Shown here one piece after another: positions 45,862 through 56,443 of a stretch of 60,874 nt of DNA. Source of the stretch: a virus. A program made the translations under genes and the position numbers. Numbering within the stretch: the stretch's first letter is position 1; every line of letters starts with the position of its first letter. The notes under the pieces are model-generated. The model was given only the letters and a program-made list of their open reading frames with translations. It did not search any database and was not told the origin of the DNA. The stretch lies in the UHGV virus genome UHGV-0342847; one strand, written 5' to 3'.

Positions 45862-47597
45862 TACGCCCCCTCAGCCATTTCTGACGCTGAAGTAGCCATT
45901 ACAATCTGCGACACCTGAATGTTGCCGCGCACCTCAATTTCCCATGTACGGGCCAGAAATCCGGCAGGCAGGCGAATGACCTTGTTCAGCTTTGATGTTG
46001 TCCAGATAAGTTTGTCGTCAGCATAAACGGACACAGCCAGAGAGGACGGGTCGCCAGAAACAGCATCGAGCAAGCTACCTGCAAATGGGATAACACCAAT
46101 CGCTACGCCGCCGATTTCACCACCAGAACGGTGCTGGTCCATGATGGCTTTATTTGCCGCCATGATAGCCTTCGCTTTATCCTCCAGCGTCTTCTTCTGC
46201 GCAGCTGTGGTAACGTCATCCCCTTCAACGAGAAGAGCACCAAAACAGGTTTCAGTAGGAGAGACGAACTTCTTTGATCGCCATAACTGCTCACCGAATG
46301 GCTCAGCTATAGCGTCCCACTCGTAGATATCCGTTCCGGACTTCAGCAGATACAACGCGCCTGTCTCAATGTCGTAATACATCGAGTGTGCATAGTCGTT
46401 ATTCCGGATGATGAACGGCTGATCGCCAGTAAGGTCGATGATGATTATCCCGCGCTTACCTTCACCAGCTTCATCCGTGTATGCGTATGAAGCCATCCAC
46501 CGGCCAGCATACTGACCGGATATGAAAGAATAGGGATTCATCTGCAGCCACTGGTCACGGGTGAGAATGCCGGTAGTCGCCACTGACGCGCCGTTGCTGC
46601 TAATTGAAACCAGCCCCAGATGTGACGGATACGCAACGGAATACCCAAGATCGACAACACCGCGGGCATTGATACACGGCAGGTTAACCTCCACCCGTTC
46701 CATTACCATGCTTTCCGGGCCTGTGCCTGATGCCACATACGGCATACCCTTTGTCAAAATCGCAACACTTGAGCCAAATGCACCCAGCGCTACGATCTCA
46801 TAGTCAGTGGTAAGGATGTACTTTTCAGGCCACGCGTGGGGGATCCATGGTTCACTGAAGTACAGCTTTTTACCAACGAATGCAGCCAGCATGCCGTTAG
46901 GTAGTGCAGTGATGCCCTGAAGGTCATCAGGAGGCGCATTGTAGTCAGTTGACGGGATCGGCTCTACGATATCGAGATTGTCATCAATGAAGTCGCCCAC
47001 ACCTGCAGGACGCTCAGCAATGAAGTAAAGCTCAGTCGCGCCGGTCGCTGACGTCTGAGAACGGTAAATGCGCATCAACGTGACGCGGCGGTTTGCTGGT
47101 GGCTGAGAAAATCCACGCACAGTGACAATCAGGCCAGGACTCCATTCAACACTGTCACTCAGTGGTGACGGCTCAGACTCTTCACCCAGGTCCGTTACCC
47201 ACGTATACGCGTAGATGATACTGGAAAGCAGGTCTGGATCAGGCGTTCCCGCAACACTGGCGACCGGCACACCATCCGGGCGAGCAATAGCGAGGTTGTA
47301 CACCTGATCCTGATACATCAACTTTGGCGCACCATCACCGGTAAAATACAGGCGATCGTCCGCAACAGGTCCAGGCACAACATCAACGACTGACGGCCAG
47401 CTAATCCACTCCCCTTTATGGAGATAGATGGTCTGCGCGGTATCACTCAGCGCTTCAACAAAACGGGCGCGGTGAATAGGCTTAAGTGCGCCGTTCTCCA
47501 GTTTCGTGTTATACGCCTGCTGTGCCATGCTTTCCGGAAGAAGCCGCGGGATTGTGCGAGGGCTTTCACCCTGAAACGCAGAAAGTTTAATAATCAT
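45861..47597 (-). CDS. tail protein (putative tail hub/tubular component)
   Basis: 578 aa between tailspikes and fiber. Start overlaps the downstream stop. Confidence 0.45.
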   Translation of the reverse strand: MIIKLSAFQGESPRTIPRLLPESMAQQAYNTKLENGALKPIHRARFVEALSDTAQTIYLHKGEWISWPSVVDVVPGPVADDRLYFTGDGAPKLMYQDQVYNLAIARPDGVPVASVAGTPDPDLLSSIIYAYTWVTDLGEESEPSPLSDSVEWSPGLIVTVRGFSQPPANRRVTLMRIYRSQTSATGATELYFIAERPAGVGDFIDDNLDIVEPIPSTDYNAPPDDLQGITALPNGMLAAFVGKKLYFSEPWIPHAWPEKYILTTDYEIVALGAFGSSVAILTKGMPYVASGTGPESMVMERVEVNLPCINARGVVDLGYSVAYPSHLGLVSISSNGASVATTGILTRDQWLQMNPYSFISGQYAGRWMASYAYTDEAGEGKRGIIIIDLTGDQPFIIRNNDYAHSMYYDIETGALYLLKSGTDIYEWDAIAEPFGEQLWRSKKFVSPTETCFGALLVEGDDVTTAAQKKTLEDKAKAIMAANKAIMDQHRSGGEIGGVAIGVIPFAGSLLDAVSGDPSSLAVSVYADDKLIWTTSKLNKVIRLPAGFLARTWEIEVRGNIQVSQIVMATSASEMAEGA

Positions 47598-47950
47598 CCC
47601 GTCACCGTCGCATCACTGATTGAAATATTAACAGGACCATCAATAACACCCAGCGCGGCAAGTGCTGCTGTTGTCAGTGGCAGGAATACAACGTCACCGG
47701 CATCAAATACCATGGCTTGTGTTCCTTCTTGTTCGCGGAGAACGGTCATTACGTCACCTGCTCTCGCGGTAGCTCGCATATATTCGATATCCCCCTGTGC
47801 ATTCTGCACTGCCAGAGGAAACCAGTCACCAACGCCAAGCGTGGGAAACTTGATGCCATGACCGGCCAGCACGCGCACCATCGTTTCATCTACAGACAAT
47901 GAAGCCGCCAGACTGCTACCTGCATTATTTTTGAGTTTAAGCCCCATCAT
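47594..47950 (-). CDS. tail-associated protein
   Basis: 118 aa with ATGA overlaps on both sides. Confidence 0.35.
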   Translation of the reverse strand: MMGLKLKNNAGSSLAASLSVDETMVRVLAGHGIKFPTLGVGDWFPLAVQNAQGDIEYMRATARAGDVMTVLREQEGTQAMVFDAGDVVFLPLTTAALAALGVIDGPVNISISDATVTG

Positions 47951-50900
47951 TCAACTCCCGTTTCCTGTAACCATTGCGCAGTAAGGCGCAGACGCTCACG
48001 CAAAACAGCATCGGTGATCGCTGCTGGCCTAACGGATTTGCCTTCGTCAAGCATAACCGAAATCGACGTTACGATCTCGAAATGCCAGAAGCCGAACCAT
48101 TCACCAGCATCTGGGTCTGGCGACCACGTATAGCGCATTGGCCCCTGCGTTACCCAACAGCTTTCAATGTAATCCCAGCAGCGCATGATCAGATCATCGA
48201 GAACTGACGCATTGCCATATCCTGATAGCTTCATCCATATGCAGGAGCGCATGATGATAGCCGGGGAATGCGGTTCTTCATAAAGTGTCTGCGGAGGGCT
48301 TACACGCGGGTCAGGGAAGTCTGTCGGCATACCTCGAATAGCGCCATTGAGGTCAGGCCAATAACCATTTAGCCATGTCAGCCAGTCGGATGCCATCTTC
48401 CCCGCCATATCGCGGCATGTTTTCCACCCAGCACCGAAGCGGGATATCCACGTCATGCGCGCCAGACTTTCCACTACGCGAGCCTGGTAGCCAGCCCATC
48501 GAGTGTTAGGATCGTCGTTTGTGTACACCCATGTGTGCGGCGTGGGGTTTCCCAGAGACATACGAGCTGGGGTATTCAGGACGAACGTATGAGCGAATGG
48601 TCCAAACTGCCCACCGTCAATTTGCCACCGTTGCTGTGCATGTTTCAGAAAATATAGCTGCTGTTCCATCAGTAGAGCAGCTTTCGGCTTGGCATATCCG
48701 TCGCTGCTGGTGGCGGTAATTGGCGTGCTGATAACACCCGTTGCCGGGTCAGCAACAGTTAGATCAGACAATTTAAGACCTGGATGTACGGCATCAGCCT
48801 CTGCTGTGAGGATAAACCAGTAATCAGGCAACTGATACCCGTGGAATGGCGATCCGTTCCATCCGACAAACTGCTGCGCTATCGTGTCGGCGTTGATGGC
48901 AAACGGCATTGCCCCAGGAAAGTACGGCATTTTCGAGCCTTTACGGGATTCAACAGTCTTATCCTTCACCATACGCATGCTACCGATCTTAACTGTGTAG
49001 CCGCCAGGATGTTCTATTGAGATCCCGAAATTTTCAAAATGTGTGCCATCTGGTAATTCGCTATTGTTAGCATCCTTCAGTTTGAAGGAACTGCGCGGGA
49101 TGTAGAAGTTAACCTGCTGTCCTGCGTTGAACGCCGTCACCACATCATTCCAGCCGTCGATAGTTTTCAGGTCAGCATACCAGCGCTTATTTGCGTCATA
49201 GTTTTTAGTGCTGGACACGTACACGAAGATATTGCCGGTGTACTCCACGTCGTAATTCAGCGTTTCAGTCAGTTTTTGACCGACAGTAAGCGCTTTTACA
49301 TCGTCATTTTCTTTGTCCAGCGTGAACTGACAATACCCAGCAGTCTGAATGACAAAATGCCCGTATTTTCCGTCTTTATCTGCGGCACCTGATACAAATG
49401 GCGTACCAGTACCATAAAGACCTTCAAGCAAATCGCCATCAATCACATCAGCCTTTTCGGTCTTTCCGAATGCGGTTAGTTCAAATCCATCTGCCACCTT
49501 CTTAATGATGATATCTTTGCTTTTAGCCTGCTTGTAGCCGTTGCTTTCCAGCTTTGATGACAGGCTGATGGATAACCATAGATAGCCGTCAGCGTCCTGA
49601 TAGCTGTTTGCCTGACGCCATTGGTCATTGAATCCCCTGCCGATCTGCGTCTGTATTGGGAGATTCCCAGAAGGAACTACACCAACGATGTTACCCGCAG
49701 TGTCTCGTGAAAAGAAATTAGACCCAGCCCCGCCCTGTCCGCTGGTGGCTTGCTTATGTGTTGAATGGCAGTACATGCCATCAGGCTGTTTTCCGCTTGC
49801 CGGGAAAACTGGCATTCCTGCCAAAGGCTTCATTACTTCACGCAGATCGGTTATCGCCTGCCCGCGAACAGCTGACTTCCTCAAAGCTGCGCGGAGCGTT
49901 GACCACCTTTGATCGCTAACTACCTTCATCGCTTCAGTGATGGCTATATCAAACCAGCGGAAGGTATCAGGGGCGCATGCTGAGTAGCCGTCAGCAATCG
50001 GAGTCCAGAACGGATAAGCCTCAAAACCCTGCCCCTGCTTAATCAGTCCCTGGTAGTGTCCGAAGACCACCTTCCATTGCGCCTTGTCTGGCGCTGTCGG
50101 CGGGACGGTGATAATGGTCTGTCCGTTCTCGATACGCCAGTCAGCGATTTGCACCTGCACCTCATTGCCGTTTTCGTCGTAGGCTGGGCTGAATGGGCGC
50201 TGATACAGCAGCGCAGCATCGACTGGATAAATCATCCAGACATTGAAGATATCGGTGCGCGGTATCGTGACCACCCCATTCGACACGTTTCCTATGTAAT
50301 CGTATATGGCAACTTGACCTGGGATGCCACCCTTGGCGGCGAATAGCCAGTGAAGCAAGGTGATGGTGTTGGCATCCGTGGGAAACTCCTGGCGAAGGAT
50401 TGGCCCATTCCGCGATCCACTGCCAATGCCATACAGAAGTGATGCCCCCATCAGCTTAAACCAGTTTCCTGCAATTCTGTCCGCATCATTGCCACCCAGC
50501 ATCGTGCGGCACGCCCGCATAGCCCCCTCAATAGCGACGGACTGTCCTTCGGATGTTCCTGAGTTCGAATGAAAATATCCACCTCGCCCCAGTTGATTAT
50601 TGTAGGCATTGGTAATCAGGCTTGACTTTATGAGTGGACCATTAATTACTACCGGAATAATTTTGCATTCGGCGCTACCGCGCGAGATGACGGAATTTAC
50701 CGGGTCGGAAACAATGACAAAAAATCTCCTGGCGTTGCTGGTTTCTCGTGGCATTATTTCCACACTGATCGACTTGGAGGTTTCTCCAGGCGAGAATTTA
50801 GTTACGCCGTTAGCTTCCTTGTAATCAATGCCAGAAAGCGCAGTGTCATCTTTGGTTGCCCATGACACAGACACATCCTCTGTAGCCGCCATCGAAAGGA

Positions 50901-50955
50901 AAATATTAATCCCCACACTAACAACCCCCTTTGGTTGCTGGAATTGTGGATTCAT
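47947..50955 (-). CDS. tailspike/receptor-binding depolymerase 2 with N-terminal Calx-beta/Ig-like anchor
   Basis: The N-terminus VSVSWATKDDTALSGIDYKEANGVTKFSPGETSKSISVEIM is homologous to the N-terminus of the 833-aa tailspike. The large C-terminal region has Trp-rich hydrolase-like segments. Confidence 0.55.
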   Translation of the reverse strand: MNPQFQQPKGVVSVGINIFLSMAATEDVSVSWATKDDTALSGIDYKEANGVTKFSPGETSKSISVEIMPRETSNARRFFVIVSDPVNSVISRGSAECKIIPVVINGPLIKSSLITNAYNNQLGRGGYFHSNSGTSEGQSVAIEGAMRACRTMLGGNDADRIAGNWFKLMGASLLYGIGSGSRNGPILRQEFPTDANTITLLHWLFAAKGGIPGQVAIYDYIGNVSNGVVTIPRTDIFNVWMIYPVDAALLYQRPFSPAYDENGNEVQVQIADWRIENGQTIITVPPTAPDKAQWKVVFGHYQGLIKQGQGFEAYPFWTPIADGYSACAPDTFRWFDIAITEAMKVVSDQRWSTLRAALRKSAVRGQAITDLREVMKPLAGMPVFPASGKQPDGMYCHSTHKQATSGQGGAGSNFFSRDTAGNIVGVVPSGNLPIQTQIGRGFNDQWRQANSYQDADGYLWLSISLSSKLESNGYKQAKSKDIIIKKVADGFELTAFGKTEKADVIDGDLLEGLYGTGTPFVSGAADKDGKYGHFVIQTAGYCQFTLDKENDDVKALTVGQKLTETLNYDVEYTGNIFVYVSSTKNYDANKRWYADLKTIDGWNDVVTAFNAGQQVNFYIPRSSFKLKDANNSELPDGTHFENFGISIEHPGGYTVKIGSMRMVKDKTVESRKGSKMPYFPGAMPFAINADTIAQQFVGWNGSPFHGYQLPDYWFILTAEADAVHPGLKLSDLTVADPATGVISTPITATSSDGYAKPKAALLMEQQLYFLKHAQQRWQIDGGQFGPFAHTFVLNTPARMSLGNPTPHTWVYTNDDPNTRWAGYQARVVESLARMTWISRFGAGWKTCRDMAGKMASDWLTWLNGYWPDLNGAIRGMPTDFPDPRVSPPQTLYEEPHSPAIIMRSCIWMKLSGYGNASVLDDLIMRCWDYIESCWVTQGPMRYTWSPDPDAGEWFGFWHFEIVTSISVMLDEGKSVRPAAITDAVLRERLRLTAQWLQETGVE

Positions 50956-50984
50956 AGACCCTCCTGTTGCTTTTTCGAAAAACT

Positions 50985-51008
50985 AACCCCGCCGAAGCGG
51001 GGTTTTTT
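50985..51008 (-). terminator. bidirectional intrinsic terminator between the two tailspike genes
   Basis: AACCCCGC-cgaa-GCGGGGTT with T-runs on both strands. Confidence 0.45.
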
Positions 51009-51009
51009 A

Positions 51010-53511
51010 TCAATAACCTGCTGTTGTATTTAGAGCATTTATTACAAAGTTAAGATTACCTAACCTAACATCATCCTTATCAAAATACACATAAGAACCT
51101 ACTTCCTCTGCTATGCGTATAGGGTATATCTTGCCATTCTCATATGTGATATCAGTTTGGTTACCAGCACTACTGGCTAGCATAGTCCTACTCGTAATGT
51201 TGCCTACAGTATTATCAATACCTAAACTATCCGGTAACGATATACCAAAGTATGCGTCAGTGATGTTTTTATCAGTACAAGTAATTTTGGCAGTCACCCT
51301 AATATTATCAATACCTTCTTTCCTAAACTCGATATTACCAGTGAAACCTCCTCCAGCAATTAGTGAAGAAGCCGGGTAAGTGAATCTATTAGTCAGATAT
51401 GTAACATTACCCCCTAACACGTGGTTCTGCCATTTACGTACAGCAGATTGGTAGATTACAGCAGGAGTACCCAAGGCAGAATCATTATTAACCATTAAGT
51501 TACTAATAGTATTCTGCGTACCAATAGCATTATACAGCTTAACCTTACCGGGTTTAGTTTGCCCATGAACCAGGATGAAGCACTTATCAATAGTAGAATT
51601 GTAACCATTAAAGACTATATTCACCCCATCATTACCTGATTGTGCTACATCATAACCTTCAGTATCAACGCTATCTAAATAGCAGTGCGTGACGTGGGTA
51701 TTACTATCGAGACTAAGCGCAGTGAGTAGCTGTCTGTTTTGATATTCATTTCCTGACGTTGCAGGGAATCCCCACGGATGGCAAAAATCAATGTGGTTAG
51801 TTCCTGATGATCTGATACCGCGAGCATAGCCGACACAAACAAGCGAGCCGTTTATTCCGTCAGCAGCAGATAAGTCTATTCCCCATTTTGACTTATCTGT
51901 CCAACTAGTAATCCAACAGGTTACGGTTTTAATGGTGATCTCATACCCTTTTGGGCCTGTCTTAACGCCACCAAGCCTGCACCCATATGTGTAAACATTT
52001 TCAACGATAACTTTGGGTGTTGTTATCAATAGGCCCATAACGTCACGGTCAACAATTAAACCTTCCCCGATAACAGGACTAGTAGACAAGATTAGCGTAC
52101 CAATACGAGTTGTTTTCTCGTTAACAATTCCGTGGTCATCAACAGACCACATCAGGCCGTTCTCAAGCCCTGACGGGTCTTCGCAAAATATAATACCATT
52201 GCGGCAGTCTACTGAGCTGTTTGGGGGCTGCTTAACAGTCTTTGTTATTCTCACCTTTCCAGTAATATCCAGTGTCAGTCCATGAGCTGCCGAATATGCC
52301 AACGCCTCAATTAACCCGTCATCTGCAGGTAAAACGCCGGTAGTATCCACAAACCGCGATACTGGAAGACGTGAATTTAGCTCACTAAAAACAGTTCCGC
52401 CGAGGTGACTTACGAGGCTAGAACCTTCTGGCTGCAATAATGCTGATTTTAAATCTCCATCCTTTACATCTGCCCAACCACCAACTCCTAACCCTCCAGT
52501 TGAGGCAGGAGTTGAATCCGGTGGGACTGACTTAGGTAGCGGACCGCTCCACACAAAATAAGGGCCAGATCCTGATGGAGCAGCTTCCCAAAGCAACGCA
52601 TCCTTCACGGTTTTTATTTCCGAGCTACCTTTCTCGAATGATTTATGTTTGTTGTAATACCCTGGCTCAGTCACGGACAGGATTGATTCGCGTGAGTTGT
52701 AGTCAGAAACTAAGTCATATTGCACGGCATAGAGAACATCACCAGCAACAGCTGAATGAATAACAATGCTTCCGTTTTTGAGAAGCTCCCATTTTGGCGA
52801 CAGAAAAGACCCGGACCGCAAGATGCGTGGGTAGAATCCTGCACCAGAGAAATCAACAGCATCACCTGAGAGATCGGTAGCAGAGAGTGTGTTATCGCCA
52901 TCAGACAGGGTAACTGTAGCTATTTTGGCCTGGGAGGCGTATGCAATTCGACGAACAGCAACTTTAACCGTGGTGCTGTCTGGTTTACTGAGAGCTTCAG
53001 TCCCATCTGCAATAAGCGTCGTGTCACCTACATCAATAAGCGGCGCAACTTCCAGAGCAATCTCTGCAGGATCGCCCTTGAGTGAATCAACCCATTCAGC
53101 CTCGGTCATTGGCGGGTTATCTGTTGTCGTATCCAGATACGATTGATAAGCACTCTTACCAACTGGTCCAACAGGCCCGGTCGGTACAATAATCTGTGTA
53201 ACAGGCGTACTGCCACTGGTGTCTACCGTGATAATGCACTCACCAATTGATGCGCCAAGAATGGCATTCGTTGGTGGCAACATTTCAACGTAGAAAGAAC
53301 GGTCTTCTGCGCCTACTGCGCGCCCATAAACCAGAATATCGACGGTCTTTGCTGTTTCTCCAGGAGCGAAAACAACAGTACCCTTGTTAGCAGCATAATC
53401 GACGGAGGCCTTCGCCGTTCCGTCCGATGTGTGCCATTCAACCTGAACAGGCTCAGTAACAGCTGTGCTCAGGGTGATCGTGAATCTTGCGAGTGCAGAA
53501 CCGGTATTCAT
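51010..53511 (-). CDS. tailspike/receptor-binding depolymerase 1 (beta-helix) with N-terminal Calx-beta/Ig-like anchor
   Basis: TITLSTAVTEPVQVEWHTSDGTAKASVDYAANKGTVVFAPGETAKTVDILVY at the N-terminus. A long Asn/Gly/Thr-rich repetitive beta-helix-like C-terminal region is encoded by low-GC DNA. Confidence 0.6.
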   Translation of the reverse strand: MNTGSALARFTITLSTAVTEPVQVEWHTSDGTAKASVDYAANKGTVVFAPGETAKTVDILVYGRAVGAEDRSFYVEMLPPTNAILGASIGECIITVDTSGSTPVTQIIVPTGPVGPVGKSAYQSYLDTTTDNPPMTEAEWVDSLKGDPAEIALEVAPLIDVGDTTLIADGTEALSKPDSTTVKVAVRRIAYASQAKIATVTLSDGDNTLSATDLSGDAVDFSGAGFYPRILRSGSFLSPKWELLKNGSIVIHSAVAGDVLYAVQYDLVSDYNSRESILSVTEPGYYNKHKSFEKGSSEIKTVKDALLWEAAPSGSGPYFVWSGPLPKSVPPDSTPASTGGLGVGGWADVKDGDLKSALLQPEGSSLVSHLGGTVFSELNSRLPVSRFVDTTGVLPADDGLIEALAYSAAHGLTLDITGKVRITKTVKQPPNSSVDCRNGIIFCEDPSGLENGLMWSVDDHGIVNEKTTRIGTLILSTSPVIGEGLIVDRDVMGLLITTPKVIVENVYTYGCRLGGVKTGPKGYEITIKTVTCWITSWTDKSKWGIDLSAADGINGSLVCVGYARGIRSSGTNHIDFCHPWGFPATSGNEYQNRQLLTALSLDSNTHVTHCYLDSVDTEGYDVAQSGNDGVNIVFNGYNSTIDKCFILVHGQTKPGKVKLYNAIGTQNTISNLMVNNDSALGTPAVIYQSAVRKWQNHVLGGNVTYLTNRFTYPASSLIAGGGFTGNIEFRKEGIDNIRVTAKITCTDKNITDAYFGISLPDSLGIDNTVGNITSRTMLASSAGNQTDITYENGKIYPIRIAEEVGSYVYFDKDDVRLGNLNFVINALNTTAGY

Positions 53512-53520
53512 GCGTAATCC

Positions 53521-53877
53521 TTATTGATCAAAGCCGATTGTTGCCGTTGTGTCGGCAATATCTACGATAGCCACGCCGCCAGATGTGCCGGTCGTCGTCA
53601 GCAGGAATGATTGCTCTTTGCGTCGTCCCTGGTCGGTGTCTATGGTAACGGTAATGGTGTACTGGATCTTGTCCTCACCACCAGCCAGCCAGACGGCGAC
53701 CTGATTTTTCGTGTAGCCCACTCGCGTAATCTGCAACGTGCTAGCCGGTTCGGTTATGGATGGGGCTGAGATAACGGCGCTGGCACCAATGATGTATTCA
53801 CGCCCAACCAGGAAGCGATTGAAATCGATCGTGTAGTCCAGCGCCTCCCGGCTGTCTTTGCAGTAGTATTCCAGCAT
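53521..53877 (-). CDS. hypothetical virion protein
   Basis: 118-aa ORF in the head-tail joining region. Confidence 0.35.
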   Translation of the reverse strand: MLEYYCKDSREALDYTIDFNRFLVGREYIIGASAVISAPSITEPASTLQITRVGYTKNQVAVWLAGGEDKIQYTITVTIDTDQGRRKEQSFLLTTTGTSGGVAIVDIADTTATIGFDQ

Positions 53878-53964
53878 CAGCGGATATCCCTGTTATCAGA
53901 TGGTGCAACCATGCGGCGCTGGGGATTCTGCGGCGCGGTGTCTATGGGTATGCCCTGTACCCTC

Positions 53965-54582
53965 TCAGAAATAATCGGGCTTGGTTCTTGTCCTTGCACG
54001 TTGTTGACCTCTCAGGTTGTCGCGGAAATGATTATTGCACGCTGCCTCAAACTCACCAGCAAAATTTATCGCCAGCTGGGGCTGCGTGAAATCGTACCCC
54101 GGGAGCATCAGAATCTTTCTCAGTGCGCCCGCGGCGATAATGTCTGGGTGCAGCTCAACAAGATAATCAGGAACTTCAGTCGCCTGCTGGTCTGGCTTCA
54201 GATACATGATGACGCGCAGCTCACCAGCAGTGAACGGAGACACCTGCAGCTTTCCCGCCAACCTCTGCGAGAAGTGTAAAGGGTTTCCGTCCTGATAGTT
54301 GCCGGCGATCTCTTCGTACTGCGATGGAGTCATGGGTACCTGCCACTGATCACCAGGAGACTGACGCCAGCGCACGCTTTCAATGTCGTGAATCACGCCA
54401 TCACAGCTTGCCATAATGTCGATCTCGTCGGTGATGAGCTGATAAACCTTGTCAACTCGCCAACTTCTGGAACGGCAGCAGAAATCAATTGCAGCTTCGC
54501 GCAGGTAGCGAATCATGATCGGCTCAGGACAGTTCGGCGCAAAGGGAAGAACATGCGGGCTTATTTCGATGAGATCCCTCAC
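53965..54582 (-). CDS. putative head-tail adaptor/neck protein
   Basis: Position only. Confidence 0.35.
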   Translation of the reverse strand: MRDLIEISPHVLPFAPNCPEPIMIRYLREAAIDFCCRSRSWRVDKVYQLITDEIDIMASCDGVIHDIESVRWRQSPGDQWQVPMTPSQYEEIAGNYQDGNPLHFSQRLAGKLQVSPFTAGELRVIMYLKPDQQATEVPDYLVELHPDIIAAGALRKILMLPGYDFTQPQLAINFAGEFEAACNNHFRDNLRGQQRARTRTKPDYF

Positions 54583-55286
54583 GATGCGTTACCCCCGGTA
54601 GCTTTGTAGTTAGGGCTGTTGACCATTGCAGCATTTGACTTGATGCCCAGCGCATTGGTGAATTGCTGGTAATAAAGCGCTGCACGGTTGGCGGCACCGG
54701 CATTTTGTGCATCTTTGCAGTAAGCACGGTACAGCGTGTAATCCAGAATGAGGTTCGCGTAGACGTCGAGCACATCGAGCGTCATGCTGTATGAATCTAG
54801 GCTTTCCGGGTCTTTACCGTCATCTGCCTTCACAGCAGTAGGGATAACAGACACAACAGCTTCAACATGGCCGGTGCCGTCATTGCCAGGCCAGACGTAA
54901 AACGTCAGCGGATCCGTTTCATCGAAAACGAAGTGTCTGGCATACGGTTTGAAACGCACATACTGCCCGTCGTGCCAGTTCGGATTCTCAGCATCGATGG
55001 CGCGCCGGTCAACGATAGTGACCACGCCCTTTCCAACGCGGTTATCGCCTTCCAAATCTACGTTTCGAACAACGCGCAGTACCTGCTGGCAATCGGCAGG
55101 AAGGCGCTGAAACGTACCTTCAACGAGATTGATAACGATATTTCGAGAGGTAGCCGTAGGAACGTAAAGCGCCACTTCGCGCAGCGCATCGGTAAGCCAA
55201 TCAGCCAGCTCCGTCATGGTCCAGCGGGTATAGTCTTCATCCAGCAGGATGCGGCTGGCGCGCGTCATAATTTCACTGGCTTTCAT
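54579..55286 (-). CDS. putative head completion/connector protein
   Basis: Position only. Overlapping stop/start. Confidence 0.35.
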   Translation of the reverse strand: MKASEIMTRASRILLDEDYTRWTMTELADWLTDALREVALYVPTATSRNIVINLVEGTFQRLPADCQQVLRVVRNVDLEGDNRVGKGVVTIVDRRAIDAENPNWHDGQYVRFKPYARHFVFDETDPLTFYVWPGNDGTGHVEAVVSVIPTAVKADDGKDPESLDSYSMTLDVLDVYANLILDYTLYRAYCKDAQNAGAANRAALYYQQFTNALGIKSNAAMVNSPNYKATGGNAS

Positions 55287-55288
55287 GG

Positions 55289-55918
55289 TTATTCGTCGTC
55301 CTGGCTCAGAGCACGGGCGATCGCTGGCTTGTCCATCTGAGTGGATGGCTTGCGACCGAAGCGTTTCTGGAACATTTCAACCAGCTGAGGGCGCGTAAAG
55401 TCGTCAGGATTGAGAGCACCGGTAACGGCAGCAGGTTCTTCTTTCTGCTCTTCAGTCTCTTCCTCAACCTTTTCGACTGGCGCGGCTGGCTCTTCTTCTG
55501 CAACTTCGCTGCCCTGCAGCTCCTTCAGCACTACATTGATGCGATCGCCGCGTTCGGCGTCGGAAAGCGTGTTCCAGTCTTTAATCTCCAGTTCGGAGTC
55601 ATCGAGGGCCATATTGATCAGTACGCGAACATCGACGGTATCACCGCCCATTATTTTATAGCTGGTGGCAGTGATTACTGACGATCCCAGCGGTTGCGGC
55701 CCTTCAACTTCAGGCAGCGGTGCAGGCGCTTCGCCTTCATACAGGCGGTAGGCTTCAGTGTGTCGCAGGAACAAGCTGGCGTGTCCATCATCGGTGACAA
55801 CAGCTACGTGCGGTTCTTCAAAGTCGCCGTTCTCTGGTGCGAATTTATAGGTAATAGTCGGGTGATCCATCTTAACGACGGTCCCTTTTTTGCGCTTAAT
55901 GATGCTCTCGATTTTCAT
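55289..55918 (-). CDS. acidic virion protein with C-terminal Rho-N/SAP-like segment
   Basis: FTRPQLVEMFQKRFGRKPSTQMDKPAIARAL at the C-terminus. Glu-rich centre. Confidence 0.35.
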   Translation of the reverse strand: MKIESIIKRKKGTVVKMDHPTITYKFAPENGDFEEPHVAVVTDDGHASLFLRHTEAYRLYEGEAPAPLPEVEGPQPLGSSVITATSYKIMGGDTVDVRVLINMALDDSELEIKDWNTLSDAERGDRINVVLKELQGSEVAEEEPAAPVEKVEEETEEQKEEPAAVTGALNPDDFTRPQLVEMFQKRFGRKPSTQMDKPAIARALSQDDE

Positions 55919-55974
55919 GCGATGGCCTCTTGAAAGAAAAAAGGGAGGGCTAAGCCTCCCTCTCAGTCAGTGGA

Positions 55975-56433
55975 TTACTGATGGTAGAACAGCAGGAGGG
56001 TGAGCTTCTTGCCAGCGGCAGCAGCTACCGCGCCGGAGAATTTCACGCCTACACTGCGGTTGCTTTCGGTTGCCGTCAGCAGGATAGCGTCAGGCTTGGA
56101 AAGAGCAGACAGCTTAACGGTCAGATCAACGTCGTCCCACAGCTCTACGCCGCTGGTACGTGCAGTGGTGCCGTCAGGCATAAAGTCAGCCCCGGTGTCA
56201 CCGGTCATCATGCCAACATCAGCAGTAATGCCAGTCCAGGTGCCTTCTGGGATCAGCGTTGCGTGGGTGATGCGGCAGTACGGAGGCAGAACACCCAGCT
56301 CCAGAATGTCGGAAGCACCAACGCCGACCTTTGACAGATCGAACTCAAAGCGGGTGACGCTGTTGTCACCTGCAGTTTGCGGGCGAATGGTCTGCGCTTC
56401 GCCCTTAGCCCATAAAGATTTAACAATAGCCAT
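55975..56433 (-). CDS. putative capsid-associated (decoration-like) protein
   Basis: 152 aa immediately downstream of the major capsid gene. Confidence 0.35.
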   Translation of the reverse strand: MAIVKSLWAKGEAQTIRPQTAGDNSVTRFEFDLSKVGVGASDILELGVLPPYCRITHATLIPEGTWTGITADVGMMTGDTGADFMPDGTTARTSGVELWDDVDLTVKLSALSKPDAILLTATESNRSVGVKFSGAVAAAAGKKLTLLLFYHQ

Positions 56434-56443
56434 TGTTCGCCTC

